Assembly: GCA_046563655.1 (NCBI GenBank) | Contig: CM102286.1 | Location: 1,860,001-1,924,000, forward strand | Reading direction: 5' to 3' | DNA from: Yuukianura sp. NJ FZ-2021 | Taxonomy: Eukaryota | DNA: 64,000 nt | Part shown: positions 1 through 12,171 of the stretch, piece after piece | How the letters are laid out: every line of letters starts with the position of its first letter | How positions within the stretch are numbered: position 1 is the first letter of the stretch | Position numbers and translations under genes: made by a program | The notes under the pieces: generated by a model | Database searches by the model: none | What the model was told of the DNA's origin: nothing | The model's input: only the letters and a program-made list of their open reading frames with translations

Positions 1-1746
1 CCTGTTTCTGTTGCCACCTAATTTCAAATTGTGGTGCGTTTTGCTTTTGATTGAATCTTCAGATGCTCGGTCATCATCAGTAGATGAAGAATCTGAGTCT
101 GCGCAGTGCTGATTAGATTTGTTTCGATTTGATTTTGATTTGATTGGCGAAACATTTGATTCAGGCGGAAGTTCAAACATGATTGATCTGTAGCGGTTCT
201 TGTTTCTCGAAGCCATACCGGGTGGAAGTGCAGACATTTTCAATAGAGCTTCTGCGCGAAGATGTTTTTTCAATTCTCTAAAATTTTTCAAAATTTTTGT
301 TTCAAAACAAAATTTGAAAGTCAGGAGGATTCTAACGTACCGGTATTCTTGCTGTTCCTTCAAGCGCAACGCAGCCATGAGGGCTTTGGATCGCGGTGGT
401 GCTGGATGTGCCTTGAAATGTTGTCCACTTTTAACTTCAAAGCTGTTGTTATGAATTTTAAAATTTCCGCCATGCTTCAACATTCCCGCTTTTTTGGGTT
501 TTACATTTTTAGAGTTGTTTAGAACCTCGAAGCTGTCGTCACTGGACTTGTTGTGCACAGGCGTCGATTTCTTTTCAGAAAAGGAAAATGGCTTTAACTT
601 GGCTAGGAGTGTTTCTTTGCTCTCTTCCCGTACTCGCTGGCTCCTGAAAAAAATTCGGTTTTTAGAAGAATAAAAAAACGGATAGATTCTTAAAACTGGA
701 AATTTTTGGAAATTTTCTTGCCTTTTGTCATTTTGTTTCAGTATTTTGTCATACAATGGTTGTGAAACTGAACTCGGAACTTCATTGACACGAAACTGCG
801 TTTTGTCGCTTTCAAGATTTTCTTTCGCCGGTTCGTTTCTCTGGTCACGAATTTTTTCTTGCTCTTTCCTGTGTAATAGCCTGTTAGCAAAATTATGACT
901 TTTAAAACCTCCAAGAAATTTTTTACAAAAATTTGTTGAATTTTTTTTGCATTCAACAGAAATGCTTAGTTTTTTTTACCGGTTTTCGACATTCTGAGGT
1001 GGGACATACTGTTTCCTTCGAATCGTAGAAATTTCAGGAGTCGATGAACTTCTGGACAAAGAGTCCGAAATTGTTGAAATACTGGAATAAATCCAATCGT
1101 TTTTCGTCAAATTCAAGTCAGAAGTGCTGCTGGAACTGATTGGTTTTAGGTTAGGACAATAGTATTTTGTTAGGCTTGTCGCTGGTTGTGTCACGATTGG
1201 ACTTGGATGAATGTCGCATCTGCGCACAGATAGGTACGAAGTCGATTCAGTTTTGCCGCTGAAGTTCCGATTTCCATCAAAATGTCCAGTTTTTACACCC
1301 AATTCAAAATTTTTACTCAATTGCAGCCTACTTCCACGAAATTCTGTGAGCCATTCGTCAGAGTCGTCAAGCAAAATGGATCGAATTCCACGAAATTCTT
1401 GTTTCAACTTTTCAATTTTGTTAATAAATTCTGAATCTCCGAGGTGTTTGACCTCTGAGTACTCTGGAACTTTTTTGTAGAGGTCAACTATGTCTTTTAC
1501 AGTTTCAGCCCGAGATGACTGCATGGTTTCAAAGTCAAAATTTGAAAAGGAAATGTTGACCACACCACAGAAAAGAATCGATTGGAAGTTTGTAATAGGT
1601 GCATTTCCGTGTCTCAGAATTTGCGACGCTGGGGAAAAGGTTTTGTGAAAGCACGAAGAAAGTTGAATTCCTCCACACGCTTCTATAAAATACCTCCAGT
1701 GTCCGGAAATAAAAGTTAGATCAATAGTTTTCTTTTCATAGGTCAT
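1..1746 (-). CDS. FAM161/UPF0564-like microtubule/cilia protein, 5' part (multi-exon, runs off the window start; start codon uncertain, ATG at 1746 or 1524)
   Basis: Spliced minus-strand reading gives SEFINKIEKLKQEF, FRVNEVPSSVSQPLYDKIL, LAKLKPFSFSE and FKAHPAP, which resemble the FAM161 motifs FxAxPVP..LY and KPFxF. Confidence 0.55.
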
Positions 1747-4700
1747 TGCTACCTTGAACTTTCTTTTTTAAATGATATGTTCAAAAGTAAATTTTCAAAG
1801 AAAATCCTTTTTGCTGGCAAAAATATGAAAGGCATCAGAATTCAGGATACCCTGTTATTCCTATAGGATAAGCGTCCCCATTTCTGATTTAACTCTGTTG
1901 ACCTCTCACCCGCGCCCTATCTTGACTTTAAACCAACTTCCATCCAATAACGGTTTCTGGAACTTGTTCAACATCCAAACTTTAATCAAGATGAAACTTT
2001 GTACTAATTGTAAGTGAATTTTGCAAACAAATGAACATGGGGCAAAGGTGATGATGATGTGTTAGAACTTTGGAAAGTTTTTTTTCAAACTTTTGAAAGC
2101 TTAGCTTTGAGTCGTGATATGAATCAGGAGGCTTAACATTTTGCGAGTTTTAAAACCACAATAATTATGCCCAATCAGCAGCAAATTATCAGTTTAATTT
2201 CTATATGAAACCATTTATTGTTAACTTGCACCAAAAACTGACTACCTAATTGGTTGATACAAAAATTCTGAAAACGGACTTTTTGTCCATATTGAACCTA
2301 CAACTTATGTGCTTATGTAAATGATAATAATAATAATGTCGATTTATTAAGTATCGTCAGATATATATAGAGACCGTCTTGTCGAGGGACATCTAACGGG
2401 GTTAAAGGTCAGTGTCATCGTTTTCTCTAGAATTTAGGAATTGGTTGCCCGATTCTTAAGCGGTTTGCGGGTATGGTTGTTTGGGGACTGTTCAGGCCCA
2501 GGGTTTTGTGTCTTTGCTCAAGCTGATACAAAAGCAAAAATTGGTGTACGGAAAACTCGACTCTTAGTGAAAAGGCACACTTTACCACCAGATTTGCTGA
2601 GTGCAACGCTTCAACACACGGACAAGAGTAATTTTGCAGCATATATGTAAAAACTGTAATGTCGGATTTTGAGCCATCTCCAAATTATTCGATTGATTTG
2701 GATATAGGCCGAAATCAGAATCCCAATTAATTAAAATTAAATTAAACGTTACATTGATGATTCGTTAAATTAGTTAACAGAAAGAAGAATAGCATAAATA
2801 TGCAAATTGATGAAAAAGGGCGAGGTGATATTGTCATAATTACCCATGATATGTGTATATTTGACATGACCGATCATAACAGCTTATCATGGAAACCAAT
2901 TAATTAGCTGATTTTGACAAAGGTTTAACACGGGATGTTCACTCATTAGAAGTTGACAATGGATAATTATTACGCTCAGAACAATCCATCCGGAAGCAAA
3001 GAGGTGCAAACAGAAAACCCATTTTGCACAACCTCACTATTGTGCCCGTGATTCTGTTGTGAAGACTTTGATTTTCATTCTATTACCATAGATGATCTTC
3101 TGAGTGCAGATTTAAGTAATTAAAATGAACTAACTCAATCCTATGAAATAACTATTCACCACTCAATTCATTCATTTCATTTCATTCATTCAATTTCATA
3201 ACTCATTGAAATTCTTATTAGTTATGTGTAATTACCAACCTTGTGATAGGACTCTTCCACAATCGGATCAGAGACCCTTAATGATTGCCCACGTCATAAA
3301 TAATTAAGGCGACTGGGGCAAGGGATTTTGCAGGCAATTTTCTTGGCGATACCCGCTAGTAGAATTACAATTTAGAGCCGAAGGCTGGAAGGCCAGAATG
3401 GGAGACATACAGACTGTAACAATTGGCCAAGGGCTTCAGGTTGTCAATTTGTTAGCTCAGCTTTAACTTGGCATCCTGTCCCAATTTCTTATTACTCGTT
3501 AGACGTAAGTCTTAAAAGTTAGGAGAATTAGCTAAGAATACGAAAGCAATTGTTCAGAAGCCCATTAATAGGCACTGGATGCGGGCGTGGGTGGAAGTGA
3601 AGAAGCTCGTTTGGAAGCACTTATGTAATAATTAGATTCATGTTCTAGTATGTTTAGAACGAAAAGTCGATTCCAATAATCAACTAATTACACACAATGG
3701 TTTAACAAATCATCGCCATAATCCAGTGGCTCACTCTGAAATTTATCGCTATCAGTAACAACTCCATTCAAATTCACCTCGTCTCGTATGAATGACATCG
3801 TGACTAACGATTCGGTTTTCAACCTCGGTGTCGTCTTTACTTTTATTTCCGTCGTAATAGTCGAAAAGGCAACTCAAGCCTGTTTTCGATATTTTGTTTT
3901 TCTTCCTTTTTTGTTTGTGGTTACACGCAAGCTAAAAAGGCGTTCAGCTTTCTTTTTGTTTCCTTGGTTTTAGTCATTGGAATTTGGCTAGGAATTTGAT
4001 GTTAGGTAAGATAGGTAAGCATGGTTCTTACGGGATTTAAGTAGTCGGTTGATCAACGTGAGAATAAGCTAGAATGAGCTTAGCAACCATTTCTATCTCA
4101 GGTATTCCTTGTACATAATATAGTTCACAGATAGGTCATACTAGGTCACAAGGCGCCACTTATAGCTTTAGGAAATGATCTCATTCTTAGCGCGGACTGG
4201 CGGGAATGTAAAATGAAGTTGTTGTGAGGATTTGCACAAGGATGATACCGTGACTACGAAGGAGAGTTATATCCACAAGATTAGGTCAAGGTCGGGGTGA
4301 CCTTAGGTAACTGTCTAGAATGACGGTGCATTTCAAAAGTGACCGTGGACAATTATCAAACTGCCAACAAAGCTGCTTCAACATCTAGAAGCACAGGAGT
4401 TCAAACCGAAAACCAGTTTTGCTCAACGTCAACATCAGGTTTCGGTTTGATTTTGATTTAAACTTTATAGATATAAACGATTTTTTCAACACATGTATAA
4501 ATAGCATAAACCAAAGCAAATAAATATTCTAAAATTCATATAAATTCTGATCTACAGATGTGTAATATAGCATCTATGGTCTGTTAGTATATTACACATA
4601 ACTGTACGTGGGTATAGAGAAACACTGTGGGGAATTCTGGAATACCACGAGGGAGGGGGGGGACCTTCCCGATCCATACCTTTCCCCGCCTTTCTCCGCC

Positions 4701-5249
4701 TAATGCTTTTAGCATCTGGCGTTTACACCATCTTATGCTATCGACTTCTGTGTACGCCAGAACCACCAAAGTATTGAAATTTTAAATTGTCCAAGAGTGT
4801 GTCCCTTTTAAGAGTTATATCAATACGCCTTTGCTTCGAAACTGGCTTCAATGGAAGAAGAATTCAAAAGCTTTAAAGAGAAAACAGAGATCGGACCTCA
4901 CTCACTTTGGAGTAAACTAACAGGAGTACAAGGTCAAGAAAGCGCACTACGTACTGAATTGGCAGACGTGATAGGAGATTTGCGGGAAGCGAATTCTCAA
5001 CTTAAGAAAGTTCTGTGCGACCGTATCAAAACTCAGCAAGTCATCCAAGTATCTCATGAGATATTGCAAAAAACCACGAGGAGAAACAAAGAAAGCAACA
5101 AGAATCTACAAAAGTTCTAAACGACGTCAGATAAAGCGCTAATGTTCGCTTCAATGATTAGAGTGATGAGTGTTACACCTGGAAAAAGTGCATGCAGGTA
5201 GTTTTTAAATGAGATCCGGTTTTAACCGGTTTGTATCAGTTCATTCATT

Positions 5250-5850
5250 TTTGCTGTTTTCAAAATGTTGCAAAAATTTAGTCAAATTGTAGAAAAACTT
5301 AAAGTGTCGTAAATTTGATAGAAAAGACTTAGGCGTTGACATTAATGGGATCAATAAGGTTAAGCTCTAAGTTGCAGATGCATTAGAGTGCATGGGAAGA
5401 CACCAGACTCAAGTCACCAGCAATTGAGATTGCTGTTGGCTTGAACATGGTTTTAGATTATAGAAATACAAAGTTGCTAATTTTCCAAAATTTACAAAAA
5501 AAAAAATACAATGTCAAGAGTTGCAGGGTAGCAACTAAAAGTAACATCTATAAATATAGGGTGCAAGCATGCAGACATTCGATCATTTCCTTCAGTCAGA
5601 ATTTAGAGTTCTGAGTTTAACTTTTCTTCTAGTAGTTTGTATTTTCAAAAGTTAAAATTTAAAATTTAAAGTCCTAAAATTTGAAGTCAAATAAAAATCC
5701 AAAATCCAAGCTTCAGTTCGTCTTCCTTTTGCTGAATCTAAGAAGCCATCAAAGGAGAATCATCTGCCGTTCGCTGTCTAGCTTTTCGGGATTCATCGAT
5801 TAAACCAGGAAAGCCGAGGTACATAACAAAACTTGACAATTAGATTACTG
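5250..5850 (+). repeat. Possible degenerate LTR-like segment
   Basis: TATA-like ctataaata (~5548), tcagt initiator-like (~5592) and aataaa (~5690) occur in LTR order, followed by a GC-rich structured tract. No second LTR, TSD or recognisable PBS found. Confidence 0.2.
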
Positions 5851-5951
5851 GTTAGGGATTTAAGGGACTGGGACGGGTGCAGGGCCTGTCGGCTCCTGGA
5901 CGGGTTATTACCCGTCAAAAGGTTAGGGCTCCCTCCACCGGAATTCCCTAC

Positions 5952-6113
5952 GTGCGCCTTGCGCCTCCGACACGGGCAGTTGCGACTGACCCAAGGAGGC
6001 GGGGCGTACAGTTAACTGGGCCCTTGATCATAGGTGCTCCCTTTCAGCGTCCACTCCGCGCCGCCGACGCGAGTAGTTGCGACTATCTCAAGGCGGCGAA
6101 GTGGGTCTGCTGA
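5952..6113 (+). other. Tandem pair of long GC-rich hairpins with compensatory substitutions (structured RNA/DNA element)
   Basis: Unit 1 (5962-6001): cgcctcc-gacac-ggg-cagt-TGCG-actg-a-ccc-aa-ggaggcg. Unit 2 (6059-6098): cgccgcc-gacgc-gag-tagt-TGCG-acta-t-ctc-aa-ggcggcg. Three paired positions covary. Confidence 0.6.
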
Positions 6114-6619
6114 CCGGATCTACGGACCCCTTAAGGGTCAAACTTTCAATACCTACAAATTCAATTGGCCTTTTAGCGCCAAGTGACCACGTCCCGTCAA
6201 AAAGCGGTCATCAGGGTAGGGCACTTATTCGAAGTGGTCCGTTGACCTTGTTGACCCTTACATGAGATAGCTGTGTTGACAGCCAACGTTTGGTACATAA
6301 GAGACGGATGAACTCAACCATGTGATAATCCGCTCGCATTAATTACAAGAAATGACAGTGTTCGTTCTTAGACAAGCTGAAAGCTACGTCACTTAACGTT
6401 CATACTTTGGCTTCTAATTATTTTAAATCTATGTATAAGCAAGGTTTTCATTTCTTTCTCTTGACTCACATGTTTAAGTTAATGCAGTTGTATCCCGGGG
6501 TGTACAAACGTAGCCGATGTACTATGGTTATACTGTGTTATAGTTGTGAGAACGATAAAAAAAAGTTGGCCTTCGATCCGGAAGGAGGTCACTTGGGGGT
6601 CACACGATGCACATAAAAG

Positions 6620-6880
6620 TGGTTTGTCTCAATGAGATGAATAACTTTTTCGAGGTAATTTTCCATGTTACCGAGAATAAAACACGTTGACCTTGACCTT
6701 TACCCCGGTTGACCCACCGGGATGATATTCAATAGCAACCTCCCCCCCCCCCCACCCGATCACCCGGTGTTCACTAGTGGGAACAGATCCCGGAAATGTT
6801 TAACTGTTTCCGAGATAATTGCCGCTGCAGCCAGACGGACGGCCGGCCAGACAGACAATTACATTCTATAAAGATTAGAA
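6620..6880 (+). mobile_element. Helitron/DINE-1-like non-autonomous element remnant
   Basis: Poly-C tract, tttccgagat followed by a cagacggacggccggccagacagac microsatellite and a tataaagat end, a layout typical of arthropod DINE-1/Helitron-type repeats. Boundaries are approximate. Confidence 0.35.
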
Positions 6881-6922
6881 CTTAATCGCTTAATCGCTAC
6901 TTAATAAATATGAATTCGGTTT

Positions 6923-8285
6923 TCAATGGCATATTTCGGCTGCGACACCACAATCTCCGTTTGGCTGTGCCAAAAAAATAAGTCCATCTTCGCAACTGCA
7001 GAGCTGGTACACTATAGCTTGTGTCTTCGGAATTTGTGTTCCAAATGTAGCCTGAAGACTCCCTCCAGCTTTTGGAACTTTTGCGGTAATCGGATTCGTT
7101 GTTTCCACTTTGGGTAGTTCAATCGCTTCTGCCTCAAGTATGATCTGTGCGAAAGAATGTCGAAATTCAAAAATAGTGTGAAATAAAATAAGATTTTCAA
7201 TGGAAGTTATTTGTGGTTTAGAAACTTGTTGGCGGGAAACTTACCGCACCACTTTTTGACTGCAACGTGAGGTCATTCAAGGTCGTGACGCAGATTTCTC
7301 CGGCCAACGAGGTTAGGTTCATACCAGTACCACCATGCACTTTTACGAAACTGGATACTGCTTCCAGTCTGTTTTCAACATTTTTTTATTCTTCGATTTT
7401 TAAAATGATTTTAAAAAAAACTTTAAGAGCAATATTTTTCACCTAAGTGGTTCTCCAGGATTTGTTTTGATGGTTGAAGTTTGGAGTGACTCTTGGAGTC
7501 CAGCAGTTCCTTGACCTTTAAAAAAACCAGCAAAATATGATCATTGAAAACAATTTTAATAATTTTCAAATTTTTCCAAATTTTAAACTTAACTGTTTAC
7601 TTGAAGCGATTCCAGACCAGACACAAGTTCTTTGTGGTCTCCCAAAAACAGAACGTGCCCATCATCTCTTTGAATTCTGAATGAAGCGACGCTCATATCC
7701 AAAACGTCGCCATCTTGAAATAAAACATTGCGTCAAAACCCAAAAATACTTTTAAAACAAAATTTCAACTTTGTTCAGCCTTGCTTCCCAAAATTTTTAA
7801 ATATTTCGAACCTATACGTAGACTATTCTCAACGTCGACCGCCTCCGAGGACTTTGAGGTCAAACTGATGTTGCCACCGCCGTTGATTTGAATTCCGTGA
7901 TTATATTCTGTTTGAACTTTTGAAATAGTAAGGTTGTCTAAAACCAAAGCGTTTCCATTTAAAATGACTCCACGTGGATGAACTTGGAGAGCTCCTAGTC
8001 CATCCTGCAAAGCGAAGATTCAAATGCAAAGACTAAAAATTAAAACACATAACTTTGTCTGTTTCTTTAAAGTTATCTTACTGATGAAATTTGGAGCACT
8101 TTGATAATCCAAAGTGTAAGGGCAAGGTTCAAGATGACAACGAACGTTAGCAACGTGACTACACAGAACAAGCATCGTCTTCTCCAACCGTAGAGTCCAA
8201 CACTATCTCCAGTTGAGTACAAAGTGATAAACTGTTTCTTCGTGTCTTCTGATGTCAACCAGTCACTTCCAGAATTGGTCGCCAT
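6923..8285 (-). CDS. Scgdelta: Sarcoglycan, delta/zeta/gamma type (6 exons)
   Basis: VGLYGWRRRCLF plus TM helix (ILNLALTLWIIKVL), DGLGALQV, SLQTSTIKTNPGEPLRLE, and C-terminal cysteine cluster VYQLCSCEDGLIFLA..C...C. GT-AG introns join the frames. Confidence 0.9.
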
Positions 8286-9003
8286 TTTGGCTCTTTTCAA
8301 ATTTCGATTTCTCTTCAAAACGAATATCGCCTCTTAAACGGCTGAACTTTCACACACAATATTTTCGATATTGTGTTCAAAATACTTATGCAAAACTTGA
8401 AATTACTTAAAAGCAGAGGAAAAAAACAAACCAGTACAAGTATTTGCGTGAGATTTTCTTTTGGCACAAATAAGCACAGTGTTGAGTGATGCGAAAAGAA
8501 CCTGCTTAGATATAATATTTTCCTATTCTAATTCTAACATCCTGCGGTTGAAATTCTATTTTAAAACTTATGTGTTCAATATCCTCACAACATGTTCATT
8601 TTTTTAAACAAAACTTTTGCATCTCTACTCTGGATGTACCAACCGGAAGCTCTCAAAAAAATTTCAATTCGAGCATTCAATTCTTTCGGAAGAGAAATGG
8701 ATGAGATGCTTTGCAACTTCAAATTTTAGTAGTGGAAATTGCAGTTTACAAAAAAAATTGAAAATACCGAATAAAATACAAAATGAAAATTTTAGTTTTT
8801 CTTCACTAAAAAATATAAAAGACGGAGCTTCATTTGTTATCAGAATTGAGAGGAATGACCTCAGTTGACCTAAATTGACGCATGTTATGGTTAATCTAAA
8901 CCCAAAAGTAAATAAAATCACTTCACTTGATGGGTTTCTGTGTTCACAATTTGTTACAATCTGAGTTTAGTTTGAAAACAACGCAACTTCTGTAAAATTG
9001 TTG

Positions 9004-10314
9004 ATGTCAGAAATTCTGGAAAAAATGCCCGGTTGTGAAAAGTGTTTTCCAGAAATAATTGATATTCGGAAAAAGACTGAAGAAAAGGACTTTTTCGTTG
9101 AGAGTGTTGAAAAATTGATTCTGGAGGGACTGAATAAGCCAAGAGGTCACCAAAAGACTGTTCCTAGCGTCATTCTGTGGGATAAGAAGGGCATTGACCT
9201 TTTCAATAATCATGTGACCTATGTGGAAGAATACTATGTAAGTCATGATGAAACTGAGACGCTACAGATACATTCAGCAGACATTGCCCAACACATTCCA
9301 AACAACGCCATCATCATCGAGCTAGGTGCAGGGTAAGTACTAACCTTCGTCTCGCTTAATTTTTAATTTTTCTCAGACTTTTCATGAAATCTGAGAAATT
9401 GAAGTTTTTGGTCGTTTAAGGTCTATGCTCAAAACACAAATTTTGTTGGACGCTGTGGACAAAAAGTGTCAAAATGTGACTTACTACGCTCTGGATTTGG
9501 TACAGAACGAACTGGAACTGGTAAGCATCAATTCAAAAAATGGTGGATCTAGTTATGCATTTAATTAATAAATTAATATAATAATTACATTAATTAATTT
9601 ATTCATTCATTATTAATTAAAGGTAATTAAAGTCTAAAGTCAAAAAGAAAAGTGAAACGATGAACATCCGCTTTACTATGTTAATTTTAGTCGCTGTCGA
9701 GACTCAAAAAGTATAAGAACGTGACTACCGCTGGACTTTGTGGGAGTTATGAAAATGGCCGGGAATTTTTGAAATCTTTGCCGCCAAATCGTCCTAAAAT
9801 TATTTTATGGATTGGAGCCTCCATTGGAAATTCAACAAAACAGGAAGCAACTAATTTCTTGAAAAGTTATAACTCATGCTTGAACGTCGGAGACAGTTGG
9901 ATTATCGGAATTGATCGTCGGAATGACCCCAACACAATTCTGTTAGCATATGATGACCCAGCAGGAATCCAAGCCAAGTTTTGTCTCAATGGTCTTGTCA
10001 ACGCCAATTCAATTTTGGGAAATCCGAAATTTTTTGATTTGTCAAAATTTGAGTACTACATTCGGTATAATGAAGAGCAAGGAAGAGTGGAATCGTTTTT
10101 CAAGTGTTTAGTAGAACATGACTTGTGTCATGTCACAAAAGAAGGAACTGAAGTGATCATTGGTCTTCAAAAAAACGAACTTGTAAATTTCACTTTTGCA
10201 CAAAAATATTCTCTAGATGAAACAGAACAACTTTTCAAAAATGTCAACTTGAAACAGGTTGGTCGCTGGACAAATTCCATGGAGCGTTATGACATTCATA
10301 TGGGCCAGAAATAA
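9004..10314 (+). CDS. egtD: EgtD/EasF-family (Methyltransf_33) SAM-dependent amino-acid N-methyltransferase, 350 aa; exons 9004-9332, 9421-9520, 9691-10314
   Basis: Motifs KTVPSVILWDKKGIDLF, EEYYVS..E, IIELGAGS..KT, YYALDL, GASIGN, IIGID, AYDDPAG..AKF.LNGL and QKYS. Two GT-AG introns give a continuous 351-codon frame. Confidence 0.88.
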
Positions 10315-10456
10315 CGTAATATTAGAAATTTCAAATTAACAAATTTCAAATTGCGAGATGTTAATTTTAAGTAGCTACGAAACTTTTGTAATTTAGATTC
10401 AGAAGAGCTTGAAATTGTGACTTACAAATAAGAACTCGAAATTTTTTTTGTGTTAT

Positions 10457-11722
10457 CTAAAAAGTGATGATTAATTTGACCAAAATTTTGCCGACGACGT
10501 TTTTGAGTATTGATGGAAAAGATTTGCGTTGGATATAGTAGGAGTTGCCCATTTTCCAGCGTAGTGGAGGACACGACCTTCGAAATTGTGGACTCAGCAA
10601 GTGACGGTGACATTTCGGAAATTTGGCTGAAAATGTTGCCATGTCTGACCATATTTCCATGAAGTAGAAGTAGACCATGAATATTGTAGTGGCCGTAATG
10701 ACTATGAGTGAGTGTAAAAAGAGCATTCCATTGTGAGGCAATTTGAGAAGGGAGTAACTAGCTAAAATCAAAATAGACATTGACATAATTTGGAGCACTG
10801 GAACGACAGTTGAGGTGATCTGGACAACTTCTCCATGGAGTAATTGCAGGCAGCGATAGAACAGTTCCGAGTCCAACACCGAAGTAGTTTTTTCGAGACG
10901 GACACTACAGAGAAAAAATTTTGAGTCGACTTTTCAAAAAACAAACATTTTTTTTTAAAGTATGGATTATGTTTTTCTCACTTTATGTTTCTGATTTTCA
11001 GCCAGTTGTTTAAGCACTTGTTTGTGACAATTGACAGTCCACAAAACAAAGTCGCGTGGTCCCAGACAATCCAAGCGGAAGTGGAAAGTACAACTACGAA
11101 CAAATCTTGATTAAAGTGACAAAAATTCAACGTCAAACGGAAATTTTCCATCAAAATCCAATTTGCGTCAAAGAAAATTCGAAGTCCAGGTAAGAATGCA
11201 AATGGTGAACAGAAGAAACTGATTGCCAGCGTCATCAGTATCGCTTCATTTCCGTCTTTCTCGAGCTGCTTTTCATTAAATTTGTTTCCTAAACAAACAA
11301 ACTGATTTAAAAAAAGCTCAAAATGTGTTAGGTAGTTTGGTGAACTTACTAAAAAGTTCATTGAACTCCAGAACATTGTTGATAAATTTAGCACTCTTTT
11401 CGATTTGAGTCAAGAGAAAGTGTGCTATTGCAGACGCGTGAATGGTGCCGCAGAGGAACATGAAGGTGATGAGTACTTGTTCAACTGGAGGGTTGGTAAC
11501 AGCACAAATTACGAGTAAATTGAGGATTGTTGCAATAGCAACTGTCCATCCAGCATATAAAACAACTTTCCAGATAGGTACTGGGAAGTACTTGCAAGTA
11601 CTGCTCGACACTTGGATTTCAACTGGACTCTTTTTGGAATCAATATACAGCGGAATTAAATCAAAGGAGTATTTTCGATTGAGCAGAAATTTCAAAATTT
11701 GAAACGTTTTGACTGAAATCAT
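10457..11722 (-). CDS. Seven-TM GR/OR-superfamily-like receptor, copy 1 (375 aa); exons 11722-11350, 11288-10982, 10904-10457
   Basis: GT-AG splicing gives an open frame with six long hydrophobic helices plus C-terminal RRSCPPLRWKMGNSYYIQRKSFPSILKNVVGKILVKLIITF. Confidence 0.8.
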
Positions 11723-12171
11723 AGTTTTGAATCCGAATTTTCAAAACAATACAAGTTGTTCTGCACAACAGCAATGACGATTGTGAATGTGATTGTAGAT
11801 TGTTCGTTGTTGAAGACAAAAGTTCCTCCCAAATTTTCAATTAAGTTTGAATTATTTCGTTTATTTTTTCTCGTTTTTAAAATCGAGCTCGATAAGAACA
11901 ACCGAGGATTTATGAAATTTTGAGTGGAAAAAGTCTTTTAGGATCATTAGAACGTAGAGGAGTTTAGTTCAGAGGAATTTTTTATTTCTAAAACCATAAA
12001 AATTTAACGAAACTCGCTTGAACATAACAACCAAAGTTTTTCAGTTTCGAAGCATTTTGTAAAGTTATGAATGCCAAGCAAAATCCATGAATTAAACATC
12101 AACCATTCAAGCGATTAGTCGTCAGTTTACGATTTGCGAAGCACATATCGTTCTCATGGAATGTATTTAAT

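Noticed and set aside
2300..4500. Gene-free stretch with LTR-like composition, a gccgaaggc mini-hairpin (~3377) and a short inverted repeat (4401-4450)
   Set aside because: No paired termini, TSD or coding remnants identified; probably decayed repeats.
4851..5120. 89-aa coiled-coil ORF, possibly a gag/ORF1 fragment
   Set aside because: No recognisable domain, splice partners or pol sequence; cannot support a call.
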